64,000 nucleotides of DNA from Anthoceros angustus (Eukaryota; Plantae; Anthocerotophyta): the NCBI GenBank assembly GCA_010909165.1, contig MU008166.1, positions 248,001-312,000 of the forward strand, given 5' to 3'. Under the pieces are notes generated by a model, which was given only the letters and a program-made list of their open reading frames with translations, made no database searches and was not told the origin of the DNA. Of this stretch, positions 26,746 to 39,389 are shown piece after piece. The first letter of the stretch is position 1; each line of letters begins with the position of its first letter. The translations under genes and the position numbers were made by a program.

Positions 26746-27009
26746 GCGGTGCTACACCCTACATGTTCATTTGGTCATAATGTGCCGCATCCATGGTAGG
26801 GCACCGTGATTTTGAAGAGGTGAAGATAATCAGAACCATCAATTATATGCTATTTGTGCATGTTCGCCGCTCATCCCATACAAGCGTTTTGGTTAGAAAA
26901 CAGATAGCGTGAGATGAATGCGCAAACAAGTTTGCGCACCCAACGTGATAGTGTGCAAGCTTGTTTGCGCAAAATGAGCAAGATCTAGGTGTGTAAACAT
27001 GTTTGCGGA

Positions 27010-27362
27010 CTTGGGGGCAAGAAGACGCAGGTGTGCGCACCTAGGGGCAAGGGGGCCCAGGTGGGCAAGCAAGTGCACGCATTAAGGGACAAGGACGCCC
27101 AAGTGGGCGAACAAGTGCAGGCACCAGGGGGTAAGGGGCCCCAACTAGGTGAACAAATGCGTGCACCGTGGGGCAAGGGGGCCCAGATGCGCGCACTAGT
27201 GTCTGCACTAGGGCGCAAGGGGGCCCAGGTGCGCGGACTAGTGTCCACACCAGGGGGCAAGGGGGCCCAGGTGCATGCACTTGTGCGTGCACCAGGGGGC
27301 AAGGGGGCCTAGGTGCGCGCAATTGTGCACGCACCAGGGGGCAAGGGGGCCCACGTGCACGC
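27010..27362. repeat. 42-bp GC-rich minisatellite, ~8-9 degenerate units
   Basis: Recurrent ccagggggcaagggggcccaggtg core; translation shows 14-aa periodicity (QVHALVRAPGGKGA). Confidence 0.85.
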
Positions 27363-28255
27363 ACGCCATCTATTGTAAGAGATCTACTCATGCGTTCGTC
27401 CCACGCCACCTATTGTAAGAGCTCTATGGGACTACTTCTAAATGAAACTTTGATATATGTATGAAGTCTCTGAAATCGCGATAAAAAAAACTAAACTATC
27501 CTCAATGACACAAGTGTAAGGCAAGACTATCTGAGATACTTGCTCCAAATCTTCAAGTGAAATCAAGGGAGGATATCCTACAAAACCACAGCTTTACTAG
27601 ATCCTTGTTACAAATCTTCAAGTAATATCAAGCAAATCTTCAAGTAAAATCCAGGGAGGATCTACAAAACCCCAAAGCTTCACTAGATTCTTGTTCCACA
27701 AAAGCATGTTCAGAAGAAGTGGAATCTCCGAATGTGTAAAAATTTACAAGTTTAAGATGCCGAAAACAAGGAAAAGGTAAGGAGCGGGCTGGCAGGGTGG
27801 GACAAATGCATGATTCACAGGATTTCATTCAAAAGTAATCCCGTAGAGCGGGCTCTTAAAATAAGTAGCGTGGGGTTGTCACAAGCGCATGATTTCATTG
27901 AGAAGTAACCCCGTAGAGCTTTTATAACAAGTGGCCCCATAAGGCCATGAAATAGTGGATGGGTGGCACCCCATCCTAGTACTAATTTGTACGAAGGACG
28001 GCTGGACTGTGGAGTTCCAACCAACTCATGTCTGGATGTCACTCCTTTACGGGAGGACTCATCGAGGATTGTGACTTTCTTTACCGAAGAGAGAGTAATA
28101 CCTCCTAGTGCATTCCCAGATAGTTCATCCAAAGAAAAAAAGAGCAAAAAATCTAAAAAATACGAAAATATATAGTTGAGCAAATTCGGCAAATAACCAG
28201 GTTTATTTTTAGAAACGATAAGTGAGCATCGACCCAGGATGACTGCCACGGTGGC

Positions 28256-29900
28256 ATGTATGCCTTAAGTGCCATGATGATACATACATTTAACATGCAT
28301 CTTTTCCTCCCCGCCCTTGGCAGCAAGTGTGTACCCCGTTCGACTCCTAGTTTCAGCTTCCCGGTCCAAGCTGCCACTCCCGCTTCAAGCTTGTGCAAGG
28401 CTTCTGCGCAGGCGCTCGAGGCTTGGAGATCATACGCTCATTTCAAGGCGGACATGCAAGCTATTTTTTCTGTTGTGGCTATGGCTGTTGCCCTCAGAAA
28501 TGCACTTGACATTATTGGTCAGGGCTTTGCTTTGACCGGAACTCTGCTAGAAGGGCACTCTCATGCTGAGCTACTTGCCTTGGAGGAGGAGGCTGACACA
28601 ATGATCAAACATATTCTTGTCATGGTTGAGGCAATGAATGGCTTGTTATTTTCTTTGATCTCTTCAGACAAATTGACACCAAGATCTTTTGTAGGTCTGC
28701 AGCAGGGAATATGGTACATTAAACCGCGTGCTCGTGGATGCTCTTCTATTTATGAGCGATATGTCATAGTGGATAACCAGGCACGGTTTAAAAACTTCAA
28801 GGGGTTTGCTCCTGCCACATTTGCTTACATTTGTGGGCTAGTTCATGATGAGCTATAATCCACTTCAGTACCAGGTTTCTCTCAAATTGTTAGACGAATT
28901 CTTCCAGTTCGTGAACAAGTGGCTGTAGCTCTTTCGTCAGATCGTCTATGAGGATTCGTTTAAATCCCTAGGTGAACAATTTGGGATTAACTCTACCATT
29001 GCATTCAAGTGCGGTAGAAGGTTCATGGCACTTCTCAGTGTCTTGGGCACCACCTTGATGACAATTTAACTTTCGTGATCCATAAAGCAAGGGTTCCGTG
29101 ATCAACAAGGCTTCCCCAATTGCTTGGGTGCTACTAATACAACCCATTTTTCTATAGAAACACCAGTTGGCGAAGAAAAATTCACTTGGTACGGTCACAA
29201 AGGTTTGACCGTGGGTCCAGATAAAAGCTTTCGTGGGTCTAGATAAAAGCTTTCTTGATTTCATAACAGGTTGGCTAGGTAAATCCAATGACTCAAGAGT
29301 TTCGATGAATTTCAACTTCTATAGAGTAGCAGTGGCAGTCACTCGCTTAAATGGGCCCAAGGAAAACATTCTCGGATATGAAGTGAAGATTTCATAACAG
29401 GTTGGCCAGGTAAAGCCAATGACTCAAGAATTTCGATGAATTTCAACTTCTATAGAGCGGTGGCAGTCACTCGCTTAAATGGGCCCAAGGAAAACATTCT
29501 CGGATATGAAGTGAAGATTTCATAACAGGTTGGCCAGGTAAAGCCAATGACTCAAGAATTTCGATGAATTTCAACTTCTATAGAGCAGCAGTGGCAGTCA
29601 CTCGCTTAAATGGGCCCAGGGAAAACATTCTCGGATATGAAGTGGAGGAATACATATTGGGAGATGCAGGGTATCCGCTCATGCCATGGTTGGTTGTGCC
29701 GATTGCAGGAACGAGTCTATTTCCAATTGAAGACAATTACAAGTACAAGCATTCCTCCACCCGAATGGTGGTAGAACGTGCTTTTGGGGACTTAAAGGTA
29801 CAGTGGAGTATACTGGGGAGGAAGACATGGAGGTGTAACTTGAGGTATTTGGCTGAACTGACATATATGCTTGTTGCATATTACACAACATAGGGATTGA
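28256..29900 (+). pseudogene. PIF/Harbinger DDE transposase, fragmented
   Basis: F..F.GFAPATF.YIC.LV, YILGDAGYPLMPWLVVP, KHSSTRMVVERAFGDLK.QWSIL. Stops, a scrambled centre and an internal triplication. Confidence 0.85.
29257..29643. repeat. ~130-bp tandem triplication inside the Harbinger transposase
   Basis: gatttcataacaggttggc recurs at 29257, 29388 and 29516; the units are near identical. Confidence 0.9.
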
Positions 29901-30499
29901 CAAAGGAGATCTTCCAGAGGAGTATCTTGTTCAACATTATGTGCACCCACCGTATAGAGCCGGCATGGAGAGACCACCTGGAGATCCATAAGGACAAGCC
30001 ACAGTAGAGGTGTTGAAGGCTTTTTTAAGTGCATAGGCATGTTATATGATTTTGTAACATGCTTGTAATAGAATGAGATATATTTCTAGTCAATAGAGGC
30101 AGGAGTCCTGCCATATCAAGTTTCAGTTTCAATTCTTACCATTTCCAGGACTTTCTACAAGTGTCACACTCTACCATATCTACTTCTTTCTATTGGTGGT
30201 GGAGGATTGCGTGTCCAAGCAATCTAATTCCATCACCAATTCCAACAAGAGCATTGATGTATTCATGACCACGCTCTTTAGAAATCTCTATTTTCTAGGT
30301 CTTAGACTATTGCACCAACTCGAATTTGGTCTTCTCGAATGCTAAACTCTCAGAATGCGGTGACAATTTCCCTCTCTCTGTATTTGCCATACTAGCCAGA
30401 AGGAGATTGTTATTTTCCTCCAGCTACGAGAGAATACCTTGTATGGCATTACTTGAACGATGTTTCTTATTCCGTTTTATACCCGTAGATTTGGAAGGT

Positions 30500-31314
30500 G
30501 ATATTGCTTCTTAAGAACCTGAGGTTGAAGCACAATTGTTTCTCCACTGATCCTGGCATAGAGTTTCAGGACTTGGTTGTAGGGATACGTCATTACCACC
30601 ACCTACAATTTAATAATGAGCACATGCCATATGAAAAAAACGAGACTTCAAACCAACAGCCAGGAGTGGATGGAAGACCTCAAGCTTAAGAAACCCTCAC
30701 CAAAAATATTAGGCTTAGTCATGGGGGAGCTTGGGCAAACTGTGGAGTAGATCTCCTGGATCAATATCCCTCCCTTCTAGCAACCATGATAGCATGAAGT
30801 TGTAAACGGAAGTATGGAAATTTGTTGGCAGTTTCTTGTACCTCTTGTCTTGAATGGAGAGGTCCCAATACGAACTCTTCCCAGAGCCAAGGTGTCGTTC
30901 GTGATCGAATATCTTCTTCCAATCTGTATGTAGGGATTCTCACTTGTCTTGACATTGCCTTGCTCTACGTTTGATATTCCTCTTCCGCATAGCTGTGGCA
31001 ATCTTGGCCCAATGTTGAGGGCCAGCTTTATGTTTCTGCTTGTTCCCTCTAGATAACATTCTCTATATGTCATCTCTCCGTTCACCTTGGAGAATCAATG
31101 TTTCAGCTTCAGTCCACAAGACCCGATTCCTTAAAGGTTCCTCAAAGACAAGAGACTCATCGGCAACTTGGGATGGAATGTTGGATGGCACCTCAAAAAT
31201 CTCTTGGCTGTATTCCATTGTCCTCAATGATGTGCTGAAATCCATGGCCCTTAGAGCTGTCGAACCTGGAAGGTGAGGCGGTGGATAATCATATCTTTCA
31301 TAGTCTACATACAA
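30500..31314 (-). pseudogene. Myb/SANT (trihelix-like) partner gene of the Harbinger element, frameshifted
   Basis: RVLWTEAETLIL motif, convergent with the transposase as expected for two-gene PIF/Harbinger elements. Confidence 0.65.
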
Positions 31315-31450
31315 GCACTTGTGGTGTGTTACGAGGTCCCGCCTCTAGGCGATCTACTAGACCGCAAACCAACGATAACACATAGGGGATTCGCACAGCA
31401 TGTGAATACCCTGGCCCGTTTTAAGCCCGGGCTTTACGGGAGCGGGCCGG

Positions 31451-31472
31451 GCTACATGGAAACCCGCCCTTA
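31451..31472. mobile_element. Candidate right TIR of the Harbinger element plus TTA target-site copy
   Basis: gctacatggaaacccgccc|TTA reads GGGCGGGTTTCCATGTAGC inward; a GGGC start with TTA/TAA flank is typical of PIF/Harbinger. I did not find a matching left TIR. Confidence 0.45.
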
Positions 31473-32505
31473 GCGTGCGTATTCTTGATCAAGCTTGTGA
31501 TGAGACTTGGAGCTGGTTGTTTGAACGTTTTGTGTAGTGAGTCGTGAGGCGTGAATCGTAGGAGGGTTAACATTGCCGTGTCCTTATTTCAGGTAATAAG
31601 GATGTTGCGTTAGCGATAAGCTTGCAACTGCAAGTGACAATCTCCGCAGTGGTAGCGACGCGGACCGGCTGACCCCACCGAATGTGGGCAGCCGCCAGGT
31701 TTTGTAGGTAGGCACCACGTTGCACTTGCTGACAAATTGGCTTTAATAGGTATTTTATTTCTGACAATGTCCCGAGGGTTCTGGACCCAGGATTTGGCGC
31801 CCGCGTGGCACCCGGGACCGCGCAGGCCATCTGGCCCCGTGATTTGCTCCCGGGCCGATTCGATCGCCCGGTCTATATCCACTCCGCCGAGCTCGGCGCC
31901 GGAGAGGGATCGGAGAGAAGCGCTAAGGCGTGGCGCATCTCTCTTGCTCTGACGCCTCGACCAGCGGGCCTGTACTTTCCCACTCCCGAGCCTGCAGGTG
32001 TCCCGGGTTGAGGGAAGCGCTAGACCTGGTGCGTGCCTCTGCCAAATGCCTGCTTCTTGCTCTTCGTTGCTGCGGCTGCTGCGATTTTGCTTTCGTCCTC
32101 GGGTTTTGGACTGTGTGCCGGCGGTGGCATCTGAGTCTGTGGTTGACAGGAGTTGCGGCAGGTCTGTCTGCGGGGCTGACTGTTGGACGAGCGCGCTCTT
32201 GAGGAAATTTTTTAGGAAGGGGTTTTTGCTCTGTTGTTCCGTCTTGTGCGCTTGATTTCGTGAGTGAAGCCTGATCTTTGGTGCGCGGTAGGCTTGAGGG
32301 TGGCCTGCGGTTGTGGGGGCGATTTTGAGTTGGTGGGTTGTGTATGGATTTGGGCTTGCTTGATAGGTTTGGATGCGTGAGACGTGATTGGAACCTTCAC
32401 CTTCAGCCCCGGTGGAGGTGTGTTTGCTCTGGCCGGCGAATCCGTCGTACGAGTCCCTGACCCTGTTTTTCTTCCGACGCTGCAGACGTATACTTGTCTC
32501 CCGAG

Positions 32506-33613
32506 ATGGCAGTGGATCAGCAAACTGCTGTAAGTGGTTAGGATTACTCTTGTCTGTTTCAGAGTTGAGGTGGAGTCGAGAAGGGTGGGCGTATATTTTT
32601 GTTTGCTGAGGACAGGCTTAGTGCGTAGTCCCTTGGGCGAGCGCTTGTGTTTGAACCTGTAGTGTGGGGAGGAATGTAGAGTAGTGGGACTTATGAGTGT
32701 ATTATATTTCATTGTGTGCAGGAGGTTCATCTCAAGTATCTGGACATTTTCCGTTTGATTGTCTTGAAAGCAACGACATATGTAGCAAGTATCTATGAAT
32801 ATGCGAAGGAAAGCTCAGGACCATTGAAACCCGGAGTGGATAGTGTTGAGGGAACGGTGAAGACGGTGGTTGGCCCTGTTTATAAGCAGTTCCACAGCAA
32901 GCCAACCGAGTTCCTTCAGTTCATTGACAGCAAGGTGAGCTAGATTTTTCTAATCGGTGGACTGGGGCGACGTTGAACAGAGCGGTTGCTCACTTTGCAG
33001 GTTTCCTTTCCAGGTGGATGCAGCTGTGTCCCTTCTTGAAGAGGCGTTTCCCCAATTCATTCGACAGACGTCCGTTGTGGCTTATGAGGTGGCCAGTCAA
33101 GCTCCCGAAGCTGCTAGAACCGTCCTGGCGGACGTGAAGGAACAGGGTGTGTATGAGACGGCCAAGAGCTACTACGAGAAGTACGAGCCATATGCTGAGG
33201 AGCTGTCTTACAAGGCGTTCCAGAAGCTCTTGACTTTCCCCTTTGTTCCACAGATCGTGGACCTGGTTGCCCCAACTGCTCTTTACAGCGCCGACAAGCT
33301 GAATCAGGTTGTTCTGCAGTTGAGGGAGCATCATGTGCCACTCTCCGATTACATACCTCGGGTCCCGGTGGAGACGATTGAGAGAATCATCAGGAAGGAA
33401 ACGGCTGCAGCTTCTAAGGACTTGAATGGAGGAGGAGTAGAAGAAACGGGCCCTGAGCCTAAACAACCTACTGAGGCAGAGAAACCTGAAGCAGAGGAGG
33501 CGACATCGGAAGAAGTGAAGTCCTCATCAGAAGAAGGGGAGTCGGCTGAGGATGTAGAACCCAGAAGCGAGGAGAATCCTTCATCAGAGGCAGATGCTCC
33601 CGCCTCTGCTTAG
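32506..33613 (+). CDS. REF/SRPP-family lipid-droplet-associated protein (LDAP), copy 1, with acidic C-terminal tail; exons 32506-32529, 32722-32934, 33014-33613
   Basis: LKYLD.F, YEYAKESSGPLKPGVDSVEGTVKTVVGPVY, P.E.LQFIDSKVD, LSDYIPRVPVETIERI. Splice phases are consistent. Confidence 0.93.
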
Positions 33614-33969
33614 GAGCTCTGTCAGAACCTTGATATTTGTTAAGAATAGTGGTTGTTTGAGATTCGTTAAGAACAGTGGTTGCTTGTGATGACTCTTGTA
33701 AATAAGGGTTAAAGCGCTATCTTCTCGTGGCATTTAGTCGCTCAACCTAATGCATTGTCACTCAGGGCAAAGTGTAAAAGCTGAAGCGAGGGTGCTGTGG
33801 AGGAGAACATTTGTTTGGCTTCTTGTCGACTTCATCTTCCAACACTCAGCTGAAAGGTATCCTGTACACCTTATATCTTAGTCGCATGTAATACAGCACT
33901 CGCACGTTCAGGTCTGTGACTCGGGTAAATAACACTAATAAGCCTGGGTTTCCATCCCGACGGCCCACC

Positions 33970-33979
33970 GCCACGTGGC
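33970..33979. promoter_or_regulatory. Perfect palindromic G-box/ABRE GCCACGTGGC upstream of LDAP copy 2
   Basis: Exact motif between the two LDAP genes, about 170 bp before a TATA-like tgtaaata at ~34150. Confidence 0.45.
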
Positions 33980-34736
33980 CGGAGCCCACTGTTTCCGACC
34001 GACTGCTGCCTCGTCTGTCAACATTGCAGGGCCCGTTATGCCGTTGTTCTTTACTCGTATCCGCCTCTCGTTTCAATTTCCGTCTTGGTTCACGCTCCCC
34101 TCTTTGTTGCTCGTGACCGTCCGTCTAGGAAGGGTGCATGACTAGGTTGTGTAAATAGTACGTGTAATTGCAGCATTCCGTCAAATGCGAAGGTTCTATC
34201 GCTTGCACCACACGCTCGGTCTTTCTGCTCGCCTTGCTCTCCGATCTCGTCCCTGTCTCTCGATCTGTAGTTTGGACAGTGCGCCCCTGCTGGTCACATC
34301 GCACGCTCTTCAGGCAGAGCTTAAAGGTTTTCTTCGTGTCCCGGATTTTCCATTTTTTGGCTCCTGTTAGCTATGCTGCTCTCCGTCATGGTCGCTGGCG
34401 ACTGAGTTTGTTCTGTGGAGAGTCTTTGCTGTGGTTGTCACATGGAGAGTCAATTCTATGCTGCGGAGTGGTACTGTTGCAGGCCTGACATTGATTGTGC
34501 TTTCAGGGAGTTCGAGAGTGTCTCGGAACTGCTCGGCAAGTTGTCTCAAGGATCTTGGTGAGTTTGAGTGGCTCGCTTTCTTCCTCTTGCTGTGTAGGTA
34601 GAACTCGCTCGGCAAGCGTTGGTACTGTTTGTTGGAGCTGTTGAAAGGTCCTCTTCGGTCTGGCTGTACCCTATCGACGGTGTTGTTCCGTTCTTTGTTC
34701 AGGTCGTTTTCGCATCCCTTCAGTGCGTGAGCACCG

Positions 34737-35534
34737 ATGGCTACAGTGGAGGAGTCCGAGAAACCGGCGGACCAGGTATGCTACTCGGTGTGCCGCTTTT
34801 CACCGAGACTGTTTGCTAGCTCCGAGTTTTGCATAACGATTTGTCTTAGACTTACATGTGGAATGCCTCGCTGGTGAGTAGGTGCAATTGAAGTATCTCA
34901 ATTTCTTCCGAGTGGCTGTGATCCAGGCCACATCCTATGTGGTCACTGTTTATGAGCGGGCCAAGGACAGCTCAGGCCCCCTGAAACCTGGAGTTGACAG
35001 TGTGGAAGGCACCGTGAAGACCGTGGTCGGTCCTGTGATTCAGCAGTTCCACAGCAAGCCTGCGGAGCTCCTACAGTTCGTGGATAAGCAGGTAGTCTAG
35101 CTATTTCACCTTTTTTTGTTTGCTAGGCAGAGTGGTTGGGATAGGGGAAGCTTCCAACCTATGGCCTTTGCTTTTCGCAGGTGGATTTCACAATCAACTT
35201 ACTTGATGGAGTTGTCCCTCAAAGTGTGAAGGACAAGTCCCAACTTGTTTATACTGACGTAAAGCAGCAAGGACTTTATGGCACGGCCAAGTCCTATTAC
35301 TACAAGATCGAGCCTGTGGCTGAACAGTGGTCCTACGACACTTGGCAAAAAGTCAGGACTCTTCCTCTTGTTCCTCGGGTTGTGGATGTTGTCGCTCCTC
35401 CGGCTCTCTACGGTGCAGATAAGCTGAACCATGTGGTTCTTGCCTTGAAGGAGCGTCACTTGCCCCTCTCTAACTACATTCCTCTTCTCCCAGTGGAGAA
35501 GCTCGAGAGGGCACTGCTGTCGGACAGTCAGTGA
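34737..35534 (+). CDS. REF/SRPP-family LDAP, copy 2; exons 34737-34775, 34882-35091, 35181-35534
   Basis: LKYLNFF, YERAKDSSGPLKPGVDSVEGTVKTVVGPV, LQFVDKQVD, LSNYIPLLPVEKLERAL. Same intron positions as copy 1. Confidence 0.93.
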
Positions 35535-35978
35535 ATTGGTTGGTGGGTGTGGCAGTTTTCTTTGATGCAATGTCCGGTCGGACAGTCTGTAGGCCCTCTG
35601 AATGTAACTTGGTTCTGCCTGGCGGCTTGTTCTGCTAAGTGAAGTTTGGTTGTCGTTTTTCTTTTAAGAAATTGCTACCTAGTCATATCATAATATGTAG
35701 AAGGGGGTTGTTGGTACTGCGTACAGGTAGTTCTAAACCAGAGAGAGTTTGTGTACTTGTATTGTAATTCAACTCCTGTGTCTACTTTTCGCGTTGGTGA
35801 TGGCCTGGTGACGGAGCCCTTGTTAACCACGAACTACACTAACCCAAGAGTTAGTAGCAGCGTTCGGTGAAAAGCAAGCACAGAAACAAGTGGACCACAG
35901 TGTGTGAGAGTGACCAGAGTGTGCGAGTGGCAGGTGGAGAGCCGGAGCCATGGCCATCGTCTCCTGTACTGTGTCTCG

Positions 35979-37922
35979 ATGGCTATGTTTCTCCTACTTC
36001 CGGCCGATCCTTCTCTTCCTTCTCCCTGGTGGCGACGTTCTCCAACCCTTGCCTCCTCTTCTCCCTTCTCGCAGGTGCCCAGTGTCGATAATCTGGGATC
36101 CGTGTTTCCATTCTGGGGTGGCTGCTGCTCCAGTCTCCTCTCTTATCCGTTGCGCACCGCGCAAGCTCCTTTTTCCTGCAAGTCTAGCTGCTCTGTGGAA
36201 GACAGTCTGCAGGGCGCACGCCGCTGGTTCTTCAAGATTTCTGCTGCCGGTGAGTAGGCTGCTAGTCCAGAATCGGCAGCTGCTTGTTGGAGCGCAGCTT
36301 CCTTCCTTGTAGAATTGCTGCATTGTCACAACCACGGCTGTCTTTGTGCAGGAATCGGTAGGGCGGGCTTTGGTGGCCATCGCGCAGAAGCGGAAGGTGG
36401 TCTGCTCAAGATGGCGGCGTCAGTGCTCAATGGGAATTCTGCCGTAAACGGAGGGGCTCCTAAGCCCGTTGCCGTCAGGTGACGTGCTTGAGAGTTTGTG
36501 GCTACTTTCGTGCCTCGCCCCGAATTCAATCTTCATTCATATCTTGGCAGCGCATTGCAGGAAGGTTGTGGATCATGCTGTTCTCTTTCGCATGAAGGAA
36601 GGCTTTACCGAGGAGCAAGAGAAAGAAATGCTGGACCATTTGTATACTCTGCAGTATCATTGTAGAGGAGTTCTCGCTATCTCATTAGGTGAAGATGCTG
36701 GCATTGTTTTAATTTTGGCTTCGCAGACCGGCGGCATCGACCGTTGGTTGGATCCAGCTACAGTATCATCCCAGCTATGTCTTATCTGTGTGTAGGACGC
36801 GTGACCTCTGCCAATTCCGAGGGCGTGACACATGGCTTTTTCACTCGGTTTCCAAGTAAGGAGTCTCTTGCTGAGTATATGAATCATCCCGCTCGGCTGA
36901 AAGTGGCAAATGAGCTTATCAGGCCTTTCTACTACGTATGTGATGGCAGCCGAACTGATTTCTATTGTGTTGCCACCAGGCGCTCCAATTTCATTGACGC
37001 CTTCCCCCTTGCAGCCGCTTCTAGGCTCCGTTATTTTGTACTACTATACCTAACGTGAGATATCCGCAGGGTTTGATTGAAGGCGATTTTGAGACGAACG
37101 TTGAGGATGATATCGAGCCACTGTTTCGTAGGGGTGAGGTGCGTTCTAGCGAATAACTGCTTTGCTGCAAACTGACATCATTTTGCCCTGTGTGCTGTTC
37201 AGCATTTTTCACTTATTAACACACGAAGGTCATGTCTTTCTTTGTCTCCGCGGTTCCAGAAATTCGAGCAGGGCGTCGAACTCATAACGTTGCTCAAGGT
37301 GAAAGAGGACACGACCGAAGAGGCAGTTGACAGTTTGCTCAGGGCATTGTCGGAACTGCCCAACAAGCTGGGTGACAGCATTGTCCAGATAACCGCTGGT
37401 CAGTTATTTTTTAATGGGTTCATGACAAGTCATCAATTCGCAACCTTTTCATCGTGTAATTTTGCATTGTTCTGATGTTGAATGCCCGGGTTCTTCGACA
37501 ACGTCACGCTGAAGCTCTCCAGTGCACAAGCATGAAATCTAATAGCATCTTCAGTTTGTTAATTGCAGGAACAAATTTCTCGTCTCGCAACGGTGGTTAC
37601 ACACATTGCTATGTCGCTCGTCTGCCATCCGGTAAGAAGTGATTTGGTTCTCTGTCCGCGTTTCCTGTTGTTAAAATAGTGAGTGCCAAAGAGCGAGGTG
37701 TGTCGTTGCAGAGGAAGCATTGGAGGCACTGTTGCAACACCCGTCATATCTCGAAGTAAGTCTAAGCACACCGTCCTGGATTGTATTGAAATACCGTGGA
37801 ACTCGTGAATGATAATTTTTCACTAAATGCAGATCGTTTCAACCAAGATCGAGCTCATTTCAAGTGCTGTGCTCTCCGTCTTTTACTTAGTTCAACCTGT
37901 CGGAACTACCATTGGTGCTTAA
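35979..37922 (+). CDS. Stress-responsive A/B barrel (double Dabb) protein with probable plastid transit peptide, ~9 exons
   Basis: KVVDHAVLFRMKE, GVTHGFFTRFPSKESLAEYMNHP, ELITLLKVKED, GTNFSSRNGGYTH. A Ser/Pro-rich upstream exon splices in frame at 36250; last exon ends QPVGTTIGA*. Confidence 0.88.
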
Positions 37923-38614
37923 AGAGATCAAACCTACCTCACTGCGAGCATTACGTGGGGCTTCCCCGTCAAGCTATGCTCCGGAGCTAATGCAGCATTA
38001 GCTTTCATGATTATGTAAGTCGCTGTTTCAGTATATAAAGTTTAGTATCTGAGGTTCCGGTTTCCGGAATGCTTTAGTCATTGAAGGCCTCGAGGAGACG
38101 GGAAGCGCTTCTCTTGAAGTACCACATCTCGGTAAGATAAGGTTGAACAGCCACCAGTGCTGAGCAGGCTGATAGCCTTCCGGGAGGCTCTCACCACATG
38201 AGGGTGTTCAGGTCTTGTTTCGCTGGAATTGGGTGCGGGCGAAGGCTGGCGATGTGGGATGGTATCCTGGTAGGTTCATCTGAGATGTCCGTCATATGTA
38301 TGTTGCGATCCAGTTCACAATCCGGCATATTGCTGGAGGATGTCCAGGTCCTCTAGATTTTTGGCGAATGTCGCGTAAGAAGCATTTCCAGCCGAGTCCG
38401 ATCCTCATTGCACCAGGCGGATGACTCTGGTGCCTAGGAACATCACTGGAGTTGTTTCGGTTTCTGCTAAGAAGAAACTTCAACATCTTGTCGGTATTTG
38501 CGATCAGATCCTCAAGCCGCTGAGTTTGTTTAAAACTGAGCTTGAGGATCGTCTTCGTATCCTTAGTCCGTAGGCCTTAGGGCTCTGTAGGCAACTAACA
38601 TCGTCTGTAGCGCA

Positions 38615-38850
38615 TGCCTATCAATACCCGAAGGCCATTAAGGCCTGCCACTCGTCGTACCGCAGGGCCGTAGGTGCCCATGCCCTCCCTATTTCCATGC
38701 ACATCAAATGTACATCATGTGACCATGCCCTAAGATGTACCGGCCGCGGGAGTAAGAAGTCCCGTGGGACGGTGCCGGGTATGTGACTCCGCGGGTTACA
38801 TAATCACGGTTAGTCTGTCGAGTAAGAGATCCCGGGTTAGGAGATCTCAA
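38615..38850 (+). repeat. Left copy of a diverged inverted repeat (TIR-like)
   Basis: ctatcaatacccgaaggccattaaggcctgccactc..taccgca matches the reverse complement of 58362-58428. Weaker blocks (atcacggtta; gggttagg..atct) extend the match inward. Confidence 0.7.
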
Positions 38851-39389
38851 AGATATGCTTAGGTATGTTGCCGTTCGCCCTAGCGGCTGATGCCGTGTTT
38901 TAAGGGTTTTGCGTCGTCTGTAAATGGGGACCCGTAAATGGGGAGATGTCCCATTTAGAGTGTTTTGTGAAGTGCGAGTTGTACAAGACTGGAGACCTAG
39001 TGCGGTGTGGTGACCACATGGGTGCTCAGACCCCCTCGAAAAGGAGTGTTTTTTTTGTTTTGTGTTTAAGTTGTGAGAATCGTGTGGAGTTGGAATGTGA
39101 AGTAGGTTAGGAAATAAGAAAAGTCTACTAGAGCCTAGTAGGAGGAAGAGAGTCTAGTCATGATCCTGGACAGAACCTCGGAGGGTTGGTTGCTCGACCG
39201 GTTGCTAACGCGGTTGCTAGGGCCGTTGCTAACATGACTTGTTGCTATGACAGCAACCGACTCGGGAGGTTGTTGCTATGGTAGCAACCAAGTCGGAGTT
39301 ATTTTCCGATAAATTCGGAAAACCTATTTGGGCAAAATCACAGGGAAATACCCGAACGGGAAGTAACGGGGGGTCCTATTAGCAATTAA

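Noticed and set aside
26730-26760. gttcaaaccc as a tRNA/SINE B-box
   Set aside because: No A-box or cloverleaf; it coincides with the LINE truncation point.
38600-38616. Target-site duplication for the putative 20-kb MULE
   Set aside because: Left flank (ctgtagcgca) and right flank (gttctatca) do not match.
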